Positions 50,545 through 63,500 of a stretch of 64,000 bases of DNA are shown here, one piece after another. Origin of the DNA: Convolutriloba macropyga (Eukaryota); contig NC_134469.1 in the NCBI RefSeq assembly GCF_964194025.1, positions 82,274,001 to 82,338,000 on the forward strand. Reading direction: 5' to 3'. The translations under genes were made by a program, and so were the position numbers. The notes below the pieces were generated by a model. It saw only the letters and a list, made by a program, of their open reading frames with translations. It searched no databases and was not told the origin of the DNA. The stretch's first letter is position 1. Each line of letters opens with the position of its first letter.

Positions 50545-51890
50545 CAATTTTATGTGCACATAGTTTCCACTGTTAAGAGGAACCCTCAAGTGCATCTTGA
50601 GTGAGCAAATTTTCTTCACAAAAATTAACAATTCCCTCTCGGAACACCCTAAGGTAATGGAAATCTGGGGCTCCTAGATATGATCATAAACGTAAGCGAT
50701 GAAAAATTAGCTGCCATTGGTATCAGAAATCTATTCATACCTGCACGATCTTAGATTTCCATAGCTGTGCACCGTTGCAACATTAAGAAAATATGATTCA
50801 AGGGACTGTAGATAGGATTTTAGATGCAACCAGTGAATGGCAATCCTTTGACGTAGCTCTTAAAAAAACAAAGAAATCTGGCCTAAAAACCAGCATCCAA
50901 CTGAGTGGTTTTCCAGTATTGTGATTGAGACTTCGGATAAAATAGTCACAAAAGAGAAGGTTGCCTGAAAAACCCCCAAAATTAAACAATATTTTAAAAA
51001 AATTGAAAGTCTTTAAAAAATGAGCTTGATCCGATGTTTTTCTTCAATAAAGGATGAAATTTACTCAATTATTGCGAGTAGACAGAAAAATTGATTTGAA
51101 AAAAATTTTCACAACTTGCTTGGATACCCTGAATCATCTTTTGATAAAAATTTGAATTTGCTCCTGTTATATAAAGCTAAAATTAATGAAATCAATTCCA
51201 TCTATGTTGGCCAAAACAGCAAAAATCTTACAACTAGAAATTAGAAGCAGCAGAAGAAAGATTCCCCAACGGGAAAACACCCCGTTGATATTGTGAAACA
51301 GCGCATAAAATTGAATGGGAAATTCTTGTTGCATTTTGGGGGTTGAAAAAATATTGACAATCGAAGTGATTTACATCAAAAAGCTGAAACCGCAAGTAAA
51401 AACGCGCGACAACTGCCGCGGCGGGAATTGAAATTGAAGTATTAGCTCAAGTGAAAAGAGTTTGACTTTTGAAATACAAATGCTATATTGCTACATGCTT
51501 AAGCAAAACTTTGTCCACCTCAACAAGTAAAGGATAATAACAGATAGGAAAGAAAGCAAGTAAATACTCCTGTTGAGGAAACTAATACAAAATTTCAAAA
51601 GCTAAACGGAAAATGGATTGAAAAAAGATGTGAGAGTGATTTTAACTTTAAATAATTTTAAAAAATTCGTTGTTATATTCACTGTTTTTGTAGAATTTGA
51701 TAGATAAAGTTAATGACAAGTTTATATACTTTGTAAATTTTCTTATTTGATTGTGAAATCAATTTTAGGTAAACTGACCATGAAAGCGATTTTCGAAAAC
51801 GTGCAATTTTTAGTTCAATTAAAATTTTAATTGACAAATTTTTGGTCTCTACAACCGATGACGATCCTCATCCTCGGATGGAGATAACCA
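50545..51890 (+). mobile_element. Decayed Penelope-like element A (RT C-half, GIY-YIG, 3' region); copy at ~58530-59890
   Basis: Frame-broken translation: IVSTVKRNP..ANFLHKN.QF..GNLGLLDM, CHWYQKS..ILDFHSCAPLQH..IQGTVDRI, SIYVGQNSKNLTTR, IEWEIL, LTIEVIYIKKLKPQVKTRD..RELKLKY* (stop at ~51445). Confidence 0.8.
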
Positions 51891-51899
51891 AACGCCTTA

Positions 51900-52916
51900 G
51901 ATGAGCAAAATTTGATTTTGTTATCAAAGGAATCATCATGTCAGCATGGTTATGTGATGTACACCAATATTCTTAGTGCTGAAATTTAAGAAATTTTGAG
52001 AAATACTCTCCTCACACTGGTTGAATACTGACCGGTTCTCCAGCTCTATATCTTCATAAAACATTTGTTTTTTTTTCTGAAATTATCAAAAAAGGGAAGA
52101 TAAAAACGAGGAGAGATGAATGCAACCATAAACTGGTGAATGCAACCGTAATGTCACAAATAGAGGAAAAGGATTCAAATGTGAAGAATCTGGGAGTCAA
52201 AGGTATTTTTTCCATGCAATATGTGAGAACCTTAAAGATCGGCTCTACCCCGAAGTGAAACACTTGGTTTGCTGTGGCTCTTATTGTCAAATTTTCAACA
52301 AAATAGTGAACCGAAAACAAAGACAATTATTGAGAAGGTATGTAGACGGAAAATTTTTGCTCTGTAAATGGTGAGCTAAACAGTTTGAGGTTTGCTTAGA
52401 TAAGTCAACAAACTGCACAAGAGAGCAGAACTCAGAGAGGAGCAGACACAAAAATATGGTAGTTTAGCATTTTTAGACATGAACAACAAGGTAAATAGCT
52501 GTAGAAATAGGTTTTGAGTTGTCCCAGAAACCAGAGGAAACGGAAATTGAGTTCTGAGAAGCAAAACGATATAACAAAAGTTTGACCAAGCTCGGAAGAA
52601 AAACGTAAGTAGTATGTCAAACAATCAATACAATTGGTGGTGAACTTCTGTTTTCATCAATGTTGGTTCACAAAAATTGAAAAAAAACCCAACTGGGAAT
52701 TGATGGCAAAAAGTGCAACAGAGTGGATACGAATCATAAGAAAAAAGACCATCATTTTTCCGCAGTACCGACGTAACATCAGCTTGCTATTGGAGCGCAA
52801 TGTGCAACGACATTGTGAAATGACAACGATCTTCAACCCTCGTAAAGCAAACACGTCCCTGAAATCAAGTATTGATAGCAATCTGAAATCTCATGTGGTG
52901 TTGCTTTAGATGCAAT
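51900..52916 (+). mobile_element. Decayed Penelope-like element B (PHD-like finger inside RT), cut by the duplication junction
   Basis: GECNRNVTNRGKGFKCEE...FHAIC...CCGSYC then LRRYVD, LH.., GSLAFLDM, QKPEET, QYRRNIS...LKSHVV. Confidence 0.75.
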
Positions 52917-55900
52917 TGTACACTCTTTCATCTGCCATCTGCATTGAGAAGCAAGCTTGACTACAATCCATTTCCGCGAAAGTTTTCTTTCCTGCTAAAT
53001 GTGCGGAGGCATCACATATATTAGGGATAGGGAAACTGTTATTAGTATAGTCATGTCGAAGAAGATGGTTAATCCTCCTAAGATCAATTAGTATTCTTAA
53101 TGTCCCTGAAGATCTACTTTGTGCAAATATCGGTGATGAATACTTTGGAAACGGGAGTGATGCAATAATGTCAAAGTACTGCATTAATGCAAGTTCTATA
53201 AGAATTTCATTGCGTAGGTGTATTGTGTTGTAGGGTTCGATGTGTATATTGGTTTGTCATTCTTTGGCGTCAGTTTTACTAGACAGTCAGTGTTTGCAAA
53301 ATCCAGCCTGTGTCGCGTAAATATCTGATGATGTTTTACAAGTAAGAGGTCAATTTTGCATCGTATCATTTTTGAAAAAAAACGGAATAATTGCAGTTGA
53401 ATTTTGTCAAAAATTGTTCTCTGTGTTCCTCGTTGATTGTAGGATCCAGAAGTTCTGTTTGTTTGAAAAGTTTTATTGTATTATAAATGGTTTTTTGAAT
53501 ACCATTCAATTTGGACGAATCATTGCAATTTTGTGAGGTACCAAAAAAGTCTGAAGACTAATTATCCTTTTGTTGACTTGGTTTATTCTCATTAATCGTG
53601 TTTAAATCTGTATGACAGTCAATTATTGATGGATGTATTGGTAACAAATAAGATGCTTGTTTTTGTGTGACCAATTGCAAGTTTGCGGAGACACCGTTAC
53701 TTTGTAATGCCGGAAGTTAATTATTCCAAATTTGTTTCGATTGTTAGAATCAGTTTTGCTAATGGAAAATATGACACACAATCCAGATTTTCGCTCAAAG
53801 AGTAATGACGGCTCAAAAATTCCAATAAAGTTTTGTTATGATGTGTGGGTTTTTTCAAGTTTACATTCAGTTATCTCTTGCTGATTTGGTAATATGGTTA
53901 TTTTGGAAATGTTTACCAGTACTAAGGTTCTTAGTACTGATTTTGATGAATTAATGTTGTTCAAACTGAGCGTAATATCAGGTAGGTAAAGCAATCTTTT
54001 GTGAGGATGTGAAATAATATCATTGTTTTCGGAGAAGGGCATGCGTAGTAATGGTGAGTTCATTTCTTTCAAAACAAGGAACTGCTCATTGAAGAATGTG
54101 CCATCGATGTAAAATACGATTTCAACATTATAAATAACAGATACTTTTTCTCCATTAGCTAGTTTAACAAGTTTGGGAAATGAAAAACTTGAGGATGAAA
54201 TATACTTTGTTGCTTGTTTCTGGATAAGTTGAAACGATTTGAGAGGTAGAGCACTCTAAAATGCTCCACTATCAACAAGAGCATCAATATAAAATTTGGG
54301 GAAGCTCAATTGTATGTAATAAGGTTTGTCTTCATGCAATTGAATAGATAATGTACGGTTAGTTGTGAGTATTGATGGAAGTAGAATATCTGACTGTGGC
54401 TGTGCTAGTTTTTTTGAGTTTCCTATGTAGTAGTTGAAAGGGATAATTCCCTCCACGCTGAGCAGGTTGTCTTAAGAGACAATCACGTTGCATGTAAGCC
54501 AGGTTGAACACATATTCAACATATGACAGGGTTAAACCTAGCTCTATGTGTTTGACCTCTTGTTGAGCTGTACTGTGACCGCGGGAACGAGTGTCTGTAG
54601 TTTGTCCATGTTGCGGCTGCATTATTATGATTGTATCGTTGTCCAAAATTGCTGCAATTGTTGCTGTTTCTCCTTTCTATATTTGGTCCACCACAGTTCA
54701 ATTATCGAACAGTTTAGTCTATTTGCCTTTTCTGTTGTCCAATGTTCTTCTGTGTTTGTGCCAGATCTTTTTGAGCTTCAACGACTGAGTTTAGTACTTG
54801 TGTAAAGCTAGTAGATGGCTGAGTACTCGAGAAGCATTGAATGCAGTCGAAACCTAATATTCATCAATTAATATGCATTTCAAAACTGGTTGTTTAGAAA
54901 TTTGGGTAAAGAGCGTGTCAATTGTATCTGTATCTGGTCGCATGAGTAACTTCAATTGCAGCTATGTTGGCATTACTGCTATAAAGGCGTCTCGGATTCT
55001 TCGAGTTTGCTCGCTTGATCTATCTACTCCTCCAGAATTAGCAAAGGCAATGTGTGCTAGCTTTGTTAGGTCTTTAAAGAAATCTTCTTGTTTATTTTGA
55101 GGTATCGAATTTCTTTTGTTGAAATTTGAGTTTGTAGAATTCATGTTGATTTGCACTAAAATAACGTCTTTCTAATGCTGTAAGTGCTGTCGCCAGGTCT
55201 GCTTTTTCTGCCGCTGATAGTTCAAGAAAGTAGCTGAGTGCACCACCTGCTAAATGGAGTTTTAGAAAAACAATTTTACCTGCATCTGGGACTTGCGCGA
55301 GTGTTATAAAGCTCCTGATTTGCTCTCTAAATACTCTGAAATCTTCAGTTGGTCCTCCAGAAAAAAGATTAATGTGAACAGCTGGAGGTGCTTGGCTTGT
55401 AGCTAGACTTGTCGTTATTGCGTTGGCAAAATCTGTAGCTGCTGCTGCTACATCAGCCATTGTCAGATTATATAATCAAATAATGAATTAGTGATTAATT
55501 TGTTACGTAATTGTTTATATAAGAGAAGTTTCGTAAGGTGAGAGACAAAATTAATAGAATTTATTCGTTTTGTAAGTCTTTTGATATAATCATTGCTATG
55601 ACATGATAATAGGGGTCTGAAAATATTGCAAGTACTGTAGCATTGCAGTCAGGTAATTTGAAGAACGTTTGTTCGGGGTGGAAAGTAGGAAAATTTTTGT
55701 TGTCACTCAATGAATCGTAAAATATATCTATCAATCTGGGCAACGTTATCTTGCAAGATTAGCTAATTTTTAAGTATGGTCAAGTTCAATAATTGTGTTC
55801 GTTTTGTATAGTGAGTTAAAAATAGATTCATAATTTGAATGAGATTTTTGTAAATTATAAATTCCCACGTGAAAGGTTAAAAAATTTTCATAAATTAGAT

Positions 55901-56427
55901 AAATATAAAAAGTCTCAATGTGAATGTGAAAAAAATTGAGTTTTACAATTTTAGATTATAGTGCGAGAAAAATTTTTTGTTTGCTAACATATGTGCTTAT
56001 AAAATCAGGCATTTTTATTTAGTCACTTTAAACGGTCAATATCTTATAATGCTTACATTAGTATGTTCTATTAAGTATCTGATTACTCTATGATTCAGGT
56101 CTTCAGACGAATAGTGAATTCGATGTGGCTATACCTTTTGAAAACATTTGTGCACAACTTCAATTCAGTCTATCTATCTTTTCTGTTTGTCAACAAACTT
56201 TGTTTTTCTATCAACTCTTCTTCAATTCAAACTTCTTGGTAAGACAACTTCCCTAATTGTCAGGTGCTATCCAATAACATTTAAGCATTTGAATAGAATT
56301 ATAACAATCTTTCTTATCCAATCAAGATCAACTAAAAAAAACCACACATTCAATGATATCAACAATCAAACAATGCAATCTATGATAATCATGATCAAAT
56401 TCTAATCTTGATATTTTGGTTATGACC
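52917..56427 (-). mobile_element. Duplicated 5' half of the Gypsy element (partial RT, PR, gag, 5' LTR at 56040-56427)
   Basis: Near-identical to 44933-48442. Confidence 0.9.
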
Positions 56428-59400
56428 GCTTGCTATGCAATGTCCATGAAAGATCCAGCGAAATGTTCAAAAAAAGAATGAAAGGCCGTAAAACGCTTCA
56501 GTTTACTAATTTTTTATCAACAAAAAGTAAGCCAAGTTCATTTTAAAAGTTTGTCAAATTATGTAACTACGCAAGTTTAACGCACCCCTTTAGTCAAACA
56601 GACTGTTTTGAGCAGTCACAAATGTGATAAGTCATACCAATGCTCGGATTCTATAGAATAAGTTGCAAAATATTACCCAATTATATTTTGCTTCCGAGGG
56701 GTTATCTAGGATTATGATGGCTAATGCATAGACCACATTAATAAAGCCATATTTCCAAAACTTGTGAAAAAAAAGTTGATTAGGAGAAAGCACCTCCCCT
56801 AAAAGGGTAGTCGGGTGGCAGCAAGTCAACTCCTATGTGCAATTATAAATCCTGACAGTAGTCAAAAATTGAAGCATCAGATGCAAAAGATAAAGAAATT
56901 AAAGCATCAGAATTATAATCAAAATAGATATGGTAAATAGCAATTAAAGTATAAGGTGCAGTGATTTTCAAACAAGATTAGAAAAGATATTAAGCATTTA
57001 GCACAACAGCTTCAATTCCTCTACAATGGTTCCTATTGATGCTTCTACTGCAGAGCGCCGGCGCATGGAGCGCGCGCCACGGAGGTTGATTATGGAGCTG
57101 CGCAAAAGAGCTAACCTTAATTTTGTCCTCAGGTACGTGATCACGTACCATGATTCGGGCGGGGGCTATGAATAACCATGATTCGGGCGGGGGCTATAAA
57201 TTATCTGACCACTAAGCTGGGGGGGGGGGGCGATAATGGGAAATACCCGACTAAGCTTCAGGCGACCACTGCATCTCGTGTGTCGAGCCTTTGTTTGATC
57301 AGGCAATAATTGCTCTAATTGAATCGCAATTTCCACAAGATCATATGACTCTCTAAGAACAACAGTCGAGTTCATCGCGGCTTCAAAGCAAAAAACCTCA
57401 AATATGCAAAGAGAAACAATTTGAAGTTATCCTTATTTTCAGATTTGATCAAAAAGAGCTGATGAAAGCAGTATTTACACAGAACGCATAAGAGTTCTTT
57501 GGCTTGTTTTTAATTGATGTAACAAAGTAAGTCTATTGAAAGATTTAAAAAAGATCGTCAGTTAAAATAGTTTTCTTACGAAAGTTTTCAAACTCATCGT
57601 CAGGTTCATCGTCAGGTTACAAAGAATACAAAATGGTAGGATAAACAACCAGAAAAAAATGCATATCATTAAAATCGACTCATTCAAGAAAATTAAAAAC
57701 GAATTTTTACGTATTTACAACCGTATTTACAAAATTTGTTATCTATATGTTTTCAATTTGATGTAGCAGATGCATATGTTTCGTTTTGTAGCAATCTCTA
57801 TAGAAACTTTTTCAATACATTTCATTTCAATAGGGTACAATCTTTTCGTTTACGATCTCTAATGTAAAGTTCTCTATTGAAATTTTGTCCGTTTATGCCC
57901 CCCACCCATTACGTAATGCGCCCCCAGTTACAGAGCACGGTTCATTATATAGTAAATCTTTGTTAAAACATGGCACGAGCTTCTGAGGATGCAAATAGTA
58001 CGCTCTCGCTAAGCTGCGGCACATAGGGATGAGATCCGAAAAATGATATCACTTGGGGGGGTCTCGTATTTCCAAACTCAAGGATGAAAAGGAAAACGCT
58101 TTAAGAGCCGTTCAGCCTTCCCTCAAGAAAAATGGAGGATGAGTTATCAGTAGGTTCGTTTCTTCTCAGCGACCTACAACCTTGCAAAAAACTTCTATAG
58201 AGGGCTAAGCTTTTTTGGTCCAAATAAAGGATATAAATTTGGCGTGCAGTTCCCTGCGCTTTCCGCTGATTTTAGCTGCCATTCATTTGAGAGATTTTTC
58301 TGCCGCGGCGAATAAGTTTCTCGGGCAATATGTAACATTGTTGATTCTGTTTTGGATCCCCCACCTGCTCTACGTTTTGATATTTTATTAGAATTTTTGA
58401 ATCGAACTATAGAAAAGCAAGTAAACTAAGATTATAATGTGAAGGATGAACAGCAAGGATTCTATAAAGCACACAAAAAGAATAAGTTAACAGCCTCCCT
58501 TCTTCTCTAAACTCCTATCGAACAATAACCAATTTTATGTGCACATAGTTTCCACTGTTAAGAGGAACCCTCAAGTGCATCTTGAGTGAGCAAATTTTCT
58601 TCACAAAAATTAACAATTCCCTCTCGGAACACCCTAAGGTAATGGAAATCTGGGGCTCCTAGATATGATCATAAACGTAAGCGATGAAAAATTAGCTGCC
58701 ATTGGTATCAGAAATCTGTTCATACCTGCACGATCTTAGATTTCCATAGCTGTGCACCGTTACAACATTAAGAAAATATGATTCAAGGGACTGTACATAG
58801 GATTTTAGATGCAACCAGTGAATGGCAATCCTTTGACGTAGCTCTTAAAAAAAACAAAGAAATCTGGCCTAAAAACCAGCATCCAACTGAGTGGTTTTCC
58901 AGAATTGTGATTGAGACTTCGGATAAAATAGTCACAAAGGAGAAGGTTGCCTGAAAAACCCCCAAAATTAAACAACATTTTAAAAAGATTGAAAGTCTTT
59001 AAAAAATGAGCTTGATCCAATGTTTTTCTTCAATAAAGGGTGAAATTTACTCAATTATTGCGAGTAGACAGAAAAATTGATTTGAAAAAATTTTCACAAC
59101 TTGCTTGGATACCCTGAATCATCTTTTGATAAAAATTTGAAACTGCTCCTGTTATATAAAGCTAATATTAATGAAATCAATTCCATCTATGTTGGCCAAA
59201 ACAGCAAAAATCTTACAACTAGGAATTAGAAGCAGCAGAAGAAAGATTCCTCAACGGGAAAACACCCCGTTGATATTGTGAAACAGCGCATAAAATTGAA
59301 TGGGAAATTCTTGATGCATTTTGGGGGTTGAAAAAATATTGACAATCGAAGTGATTTACATCAAAAAGCTGAAACCGCAAGTAAAAACGCGCGACAACTG

Positions 59401-59899
59401 CCGGGGCGGGAATTGAAATTGAAGTATTAGCTCAAGTGAAAAGAGTTTGACTTTTGAAATACAAAAGCTATATTGCTACATGCTTAAGCAAAATTTTGTC
59501 TACCTCAACAAGTAAAGGATAATAACAGATAGGAAAGAAAGCAAGTAAATACTCCTGTTGAGGAAACTAAGACAAAATTTCAAAAGCTATACGGAAAATG
59601 GATTGAAAAAAGATGTGAGAGTGATTTTAACTTTAAATAATTTTAAAAAATTCGTTGTTATTTTCACTGTTTTGGTAGAATTTGATAGACAAAGTTAATG
59701 ACAAGTTTATATACTTTGTAAATTTTCTTATTTGATTGTGAAATCAATTTTAGGTAAACTGACCATGAAAGCGATTTTCGAAAACGTGCAATTTTTAGTT
59801 CAATTAAAATTTTAATTGACAAATTTTTCGTCTCTACAACCAATGACGATCCTCATCAGCATATCTCATCCTCGGATGGAGATAACCAAACGCCTTAGA

Positions 59900-61060
59900 T
59901 GAGCAAAATTTGATTTTGTTATCAAAGGAATCATCATGTCAGCATGGTTATGTGATGTACACCAATATTCTTAGTGCTGAAATTTAAGAAATTATGAAAA
60001 ACACTCTCCTCACACTGGTTGAATACTGACCGGTTGTCCAGCTCTATATCTTCATAAAACATTTGTTTGTTTTTCTGAAATTATCAAAAAAGGGAAGATA
60101 AAAACGAGGAGAGATGAATGCAACCATAAACTGGTGAATGCAACCGAAATGTCACAAATAGAGGAAAAGGAGTCAAATGTGAAGAATCTGGGAGTCAAAG
60201 GTATTTTTTCCATGCAATATATGAGAACCTTAAAGATCGGCTCTACCCCGAAGTGAAACACTTGGTTTGCTGTGGCTCTTATTGTCAAATTTTCAACAAA
60301 ATAGTGAACCGAAAACAAAGACAATTATTGAGAAGGTATGTAGATGGAACATTTTTGCTCTGTAAATGGTGAGCCAAACAGTTTGCGGTTTGCTTAGATA
60401 AGTCAACAACCTGCACTAGAAAGTAGAACTCAGAGGGGAGCAGACACACAAATATGGTAGTTTAGCAATTTTAGACATGAACAACAAGGTAAATAGCTGT
60501 AGAAATAGGTTTTGAGTGGTCCCAGAAACCAGCGGAAACGGAAATTGTCTAGAATATCCGTAGCTGTTTGCCACTTCAACATAAAAAAACCGTAGAATGA
60601 ACTCTTTGCCGAGTTCTTAGAAGCAAAACGATATAAAAAACAGTTTGACCAAGCTCGGAAGAAAAACGTAAGTAGTATGTCAAACAATCAATACAATTGG
60701 TGGTGAACTTCTGTTTTCATCAATGTTGGTTAACAAAAATTGAAAAAAAACCCAACTGGGAATTGATGGCAAAAAGTGCAACAGAGTGGATACGAATCAT
60801 AAGAAAAAAGACCATCGTTTTTCCGCAGTACCGACGTAACATCAGCTTGCTATTGGAGCGCAATGTGCAACGACATTGTGAAATGACAACGATCTTCAAC
60901 CCTCGTAAAGCAAACACGTCCCTGAAATCAAGTATTGATAGCAATCTGAAATCTCATGTGGTGTTGCTTCAGATGCAATGGAACCAACGTCGGCCAAACT
61001 AGTGGGCATCTTACCACGCGTAATTCGGAGAAGGGAAACATTGATTCGCCAGGGAGTAAA
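59900..61060 (+). mobile_element. Decayed Penelope-like element B, longer copy reaching into GIY-YIG
   Basis: PHD-like motif from 60133, RRYVD, WSQKPAETEIV*NIRSCLPLQHKK, then LKSHVV...CFRCNGTNVGQTSGHLTTR..DSP (GIY-YIG VGQT.RHL.TR motif). Confidence 0.8.
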
Positions 61061-62519
61061 AGTGTTTTGGACTGCTGTGGTGCACTGACAGTCTTTAACT
61101 ATAAATTAATAGATCTGTGACCAGATAAATAACAATAAAAAACTAAAAGTTTAAAATCAAAAACAAATAATACTCTACACATTTGTAGGTGCAAGCCACA
61201 ATTGAACACGCGGGATGAGTACCAGAGCCAACGATTTAGATTCAAAAAATTATGTGCATGGATCTTTTCGTTTTTTGCCCCCTCTTATTGGGTGCATGGT
61301 GCATGTTAATTGTAACCCCCAGACACACGTGCTGTATTTTAAAAAAATAATTTACCAGACAATTACACATGCTCTGTAATCGTAAGTGCATAACGTTCTG
61401 GGGGCACAAATTGAGGAAATACAAGTGCAGAAACCTAGATTTTTAATATATTATGTGTGCAAAATTAATTTGGCTATAAAAACAAAATATCCGATTAAAA
61501 GCTCACTTACAGAAAGACACATTTGGAGTTATTTTAACGAAGTGCTAACATTTTTAACAAAACTGCAACGCGAAAACCTAAACAATTTTGAGGACATTTT
61601 GCAAAACTAAATAGATAATCAAGACACGTTACTGTATTTAAGAAAATTTGTAAATTTTATTAAAAAAAAACAGTTTTTAAACTCCTGACAATGCGAGTTA
61701 TATTTAAAGCGTTTGAGTTTTTCAACTATTTTAGATAAACTTTTCACTCTTTTTAGCTTTCTCATATAGTTATTCTCCAGCCTAGTAGTCAGATAAACTA
61801 GAGCCGTCCTAATAATTAATGCTTTTCATTTTTTAATGATCGACCCTCAATTATTTCAATGCCATTAAATGATTTTTGAGGTTTTGCATGAAACCTTTTT
61901 TCATAACAGGTTGTTCAATCTGAGCCCTTAACTTCAACAGAAAAGGCGAAATGTTGTTTTACCAAACGGTTTTCCAAGCACTAGACGTCTCCTGTTTAAA
62001 ATTTTCTTACATAAAATAGATAAAAAAATTTATCGAAAATAGGTTGATGCCAAAGTTTTGTAACCTAAGATTTTTAAACAGCGAAAGAAGTTCGGTAACC
62101 TGCTGACCCTAGTTTGCAAAATAGGAAAAAAAGCCCGTAGAACATTCTTTGAACTCAATTTTTTTGAAGTACCTTCTTTACAAAACTGATTCTGAAAAAA
62201 CTTCAGCTTTTGTTCAGTTTTGACTTACAGTTCAACAGTTGCTTTTCCAGATGCTTCACTAAACTGAAAGCTAAAAATGTTTCGAATTAATTGTTACATT
62301 GGATTTTTATGACTACGAGATCTTCAATAAAAAAAGGTAACGTACACCACATGGATCGAAGAGTGAGCTTACACTATGAACCATCACAGCAGCGTAATTG
62401 AATAGCACCGTCACAAGGTTCAAATATTACCATACTAATTAGATATCCAGCCTTCCAGCCCGATCAACCACACTATAAGCATTTTTGACCTCACTTACAC
62501 GTTTAGTACCAAGGCAGAC

Positions 62520-62690
62520 TGACTTTGAGACAGATAATTGCGCTGAGGAAAATATCTGCGGACAAAAGAACGTCATTGCATCCGAGCATGTAAACTGTTT
62601 TCCTTGCAGAGATTTTTGCTCCTTGTTGTGTTATAGTGCCTGCTGCAGTAAGCTCTGCTCCTCCTATGCAGGAAAACAAGAGCGTAACTT
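62520..62690 (+). pseudogene. Possible heavily decayed GIY-YIG (Penelope) remnant
   Basis: SLLCYSACCSKLCSSYAGKQERNL resembles VVY...C..C..SYVGQT.RHL. Confidence 0.35.
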
Positions 62691-63500
62691 AGTTATTTTT
62701 TTCTATTGCCGAAATTTGTTGTTCATATTCCAGTTTTTTTTATTGCTTCATGATATTTGTACGCTTCCGTGGCTTATTTTGGGGCATCACATTAGCAAAA
62801 AATTAACAAATTTCACGCCGAAGAGAATACTACTGAATCTAGACTAACACAATCTGTCTTCTTCGATGCCAACTCCTACTTTGTCATCAGTGCTAGTAGA
62901 TTTGTTCAAAAAGCCGCCTTCCATTATCTGAAGAACTGGTTGAAATTTGACGACAAAGCATCTTGTAGTAGCTTTGCCAATGTGTTCCTAATATTTTTGT
63001 TCACCGCATGTGGTTAAAAACTGTTTTGCACAATTGAGAGCATTAGTTAGAGGGAAATTTTCCCTAAAAGGGAAGTTGATAGCTGTGTATTTGGCTTCAA
63101 GATGTTATTGAACGCAATAATCGTCACGATCGTAAAATTTTAAAATTTTGTTGGCGTAAAACCACAGAGTGGAAAATCAACTAGCCAATTGGAGGCCCTT
63201 TTTGATGCCAAGCCGACAACGTGATTTTTGTCTTAAACATCACGCGGATAAAATTTTTTTGATAGGCTTAAGTCGCCCGTATTGACATAAAGGTTAGTCA
63301 GGTTGTGCGTTGCGTCCGTTTTGTGTAATCCTATTTGTATGAGATTAATATTTGTGAAATTTTGCAAGAGACTCGACAGCAGCCAGTGACGCAGAGTAGT
63401 CACTATCGAATTCCGTTGGCTCCTCGAGTTGTGTCAGCCCTCTATGGTTGGTAGGGAATACAACTGGGTTGCATCGTCGCTAACGGGTTACAAAAAAGAT
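62690..63500 (-). pseudogene. Old, heavily decayed CRE fragment (thumb, CCHC, RLE)
   Basis: Frame-broken translation QLYSLP, GLASKRASNWL, LTNALNCAK, IRNTLAKLL, STSTDDKVGVGIE...SRFSSILFGVKFVN, AYKYHEAIKK.EYEQQI is collinear with the C-terminus of the 918-aa frame. Confidence 0.75.

Larger units (their letters stand above)
44933..60979. repeat. ~8-kb tandem segmental duplication (44933-52916 and 52917-60979)
   Basis: ORF track repeats with an offset of about 7985; junction AGATGCAAT|TGTACACTC at 52916/52917 joins Penelope sequence to Gypsy RT. Confidence 0.95.

Noticed and set aside
61040-61070. piggyBac-like terminus (GGGAGTAAAAGTG-TTTT)
   Set aside because: No partner TIR or TTAA, and the sequence translates as the DSP(V)G part of a Penelope GIY-YIG domain.
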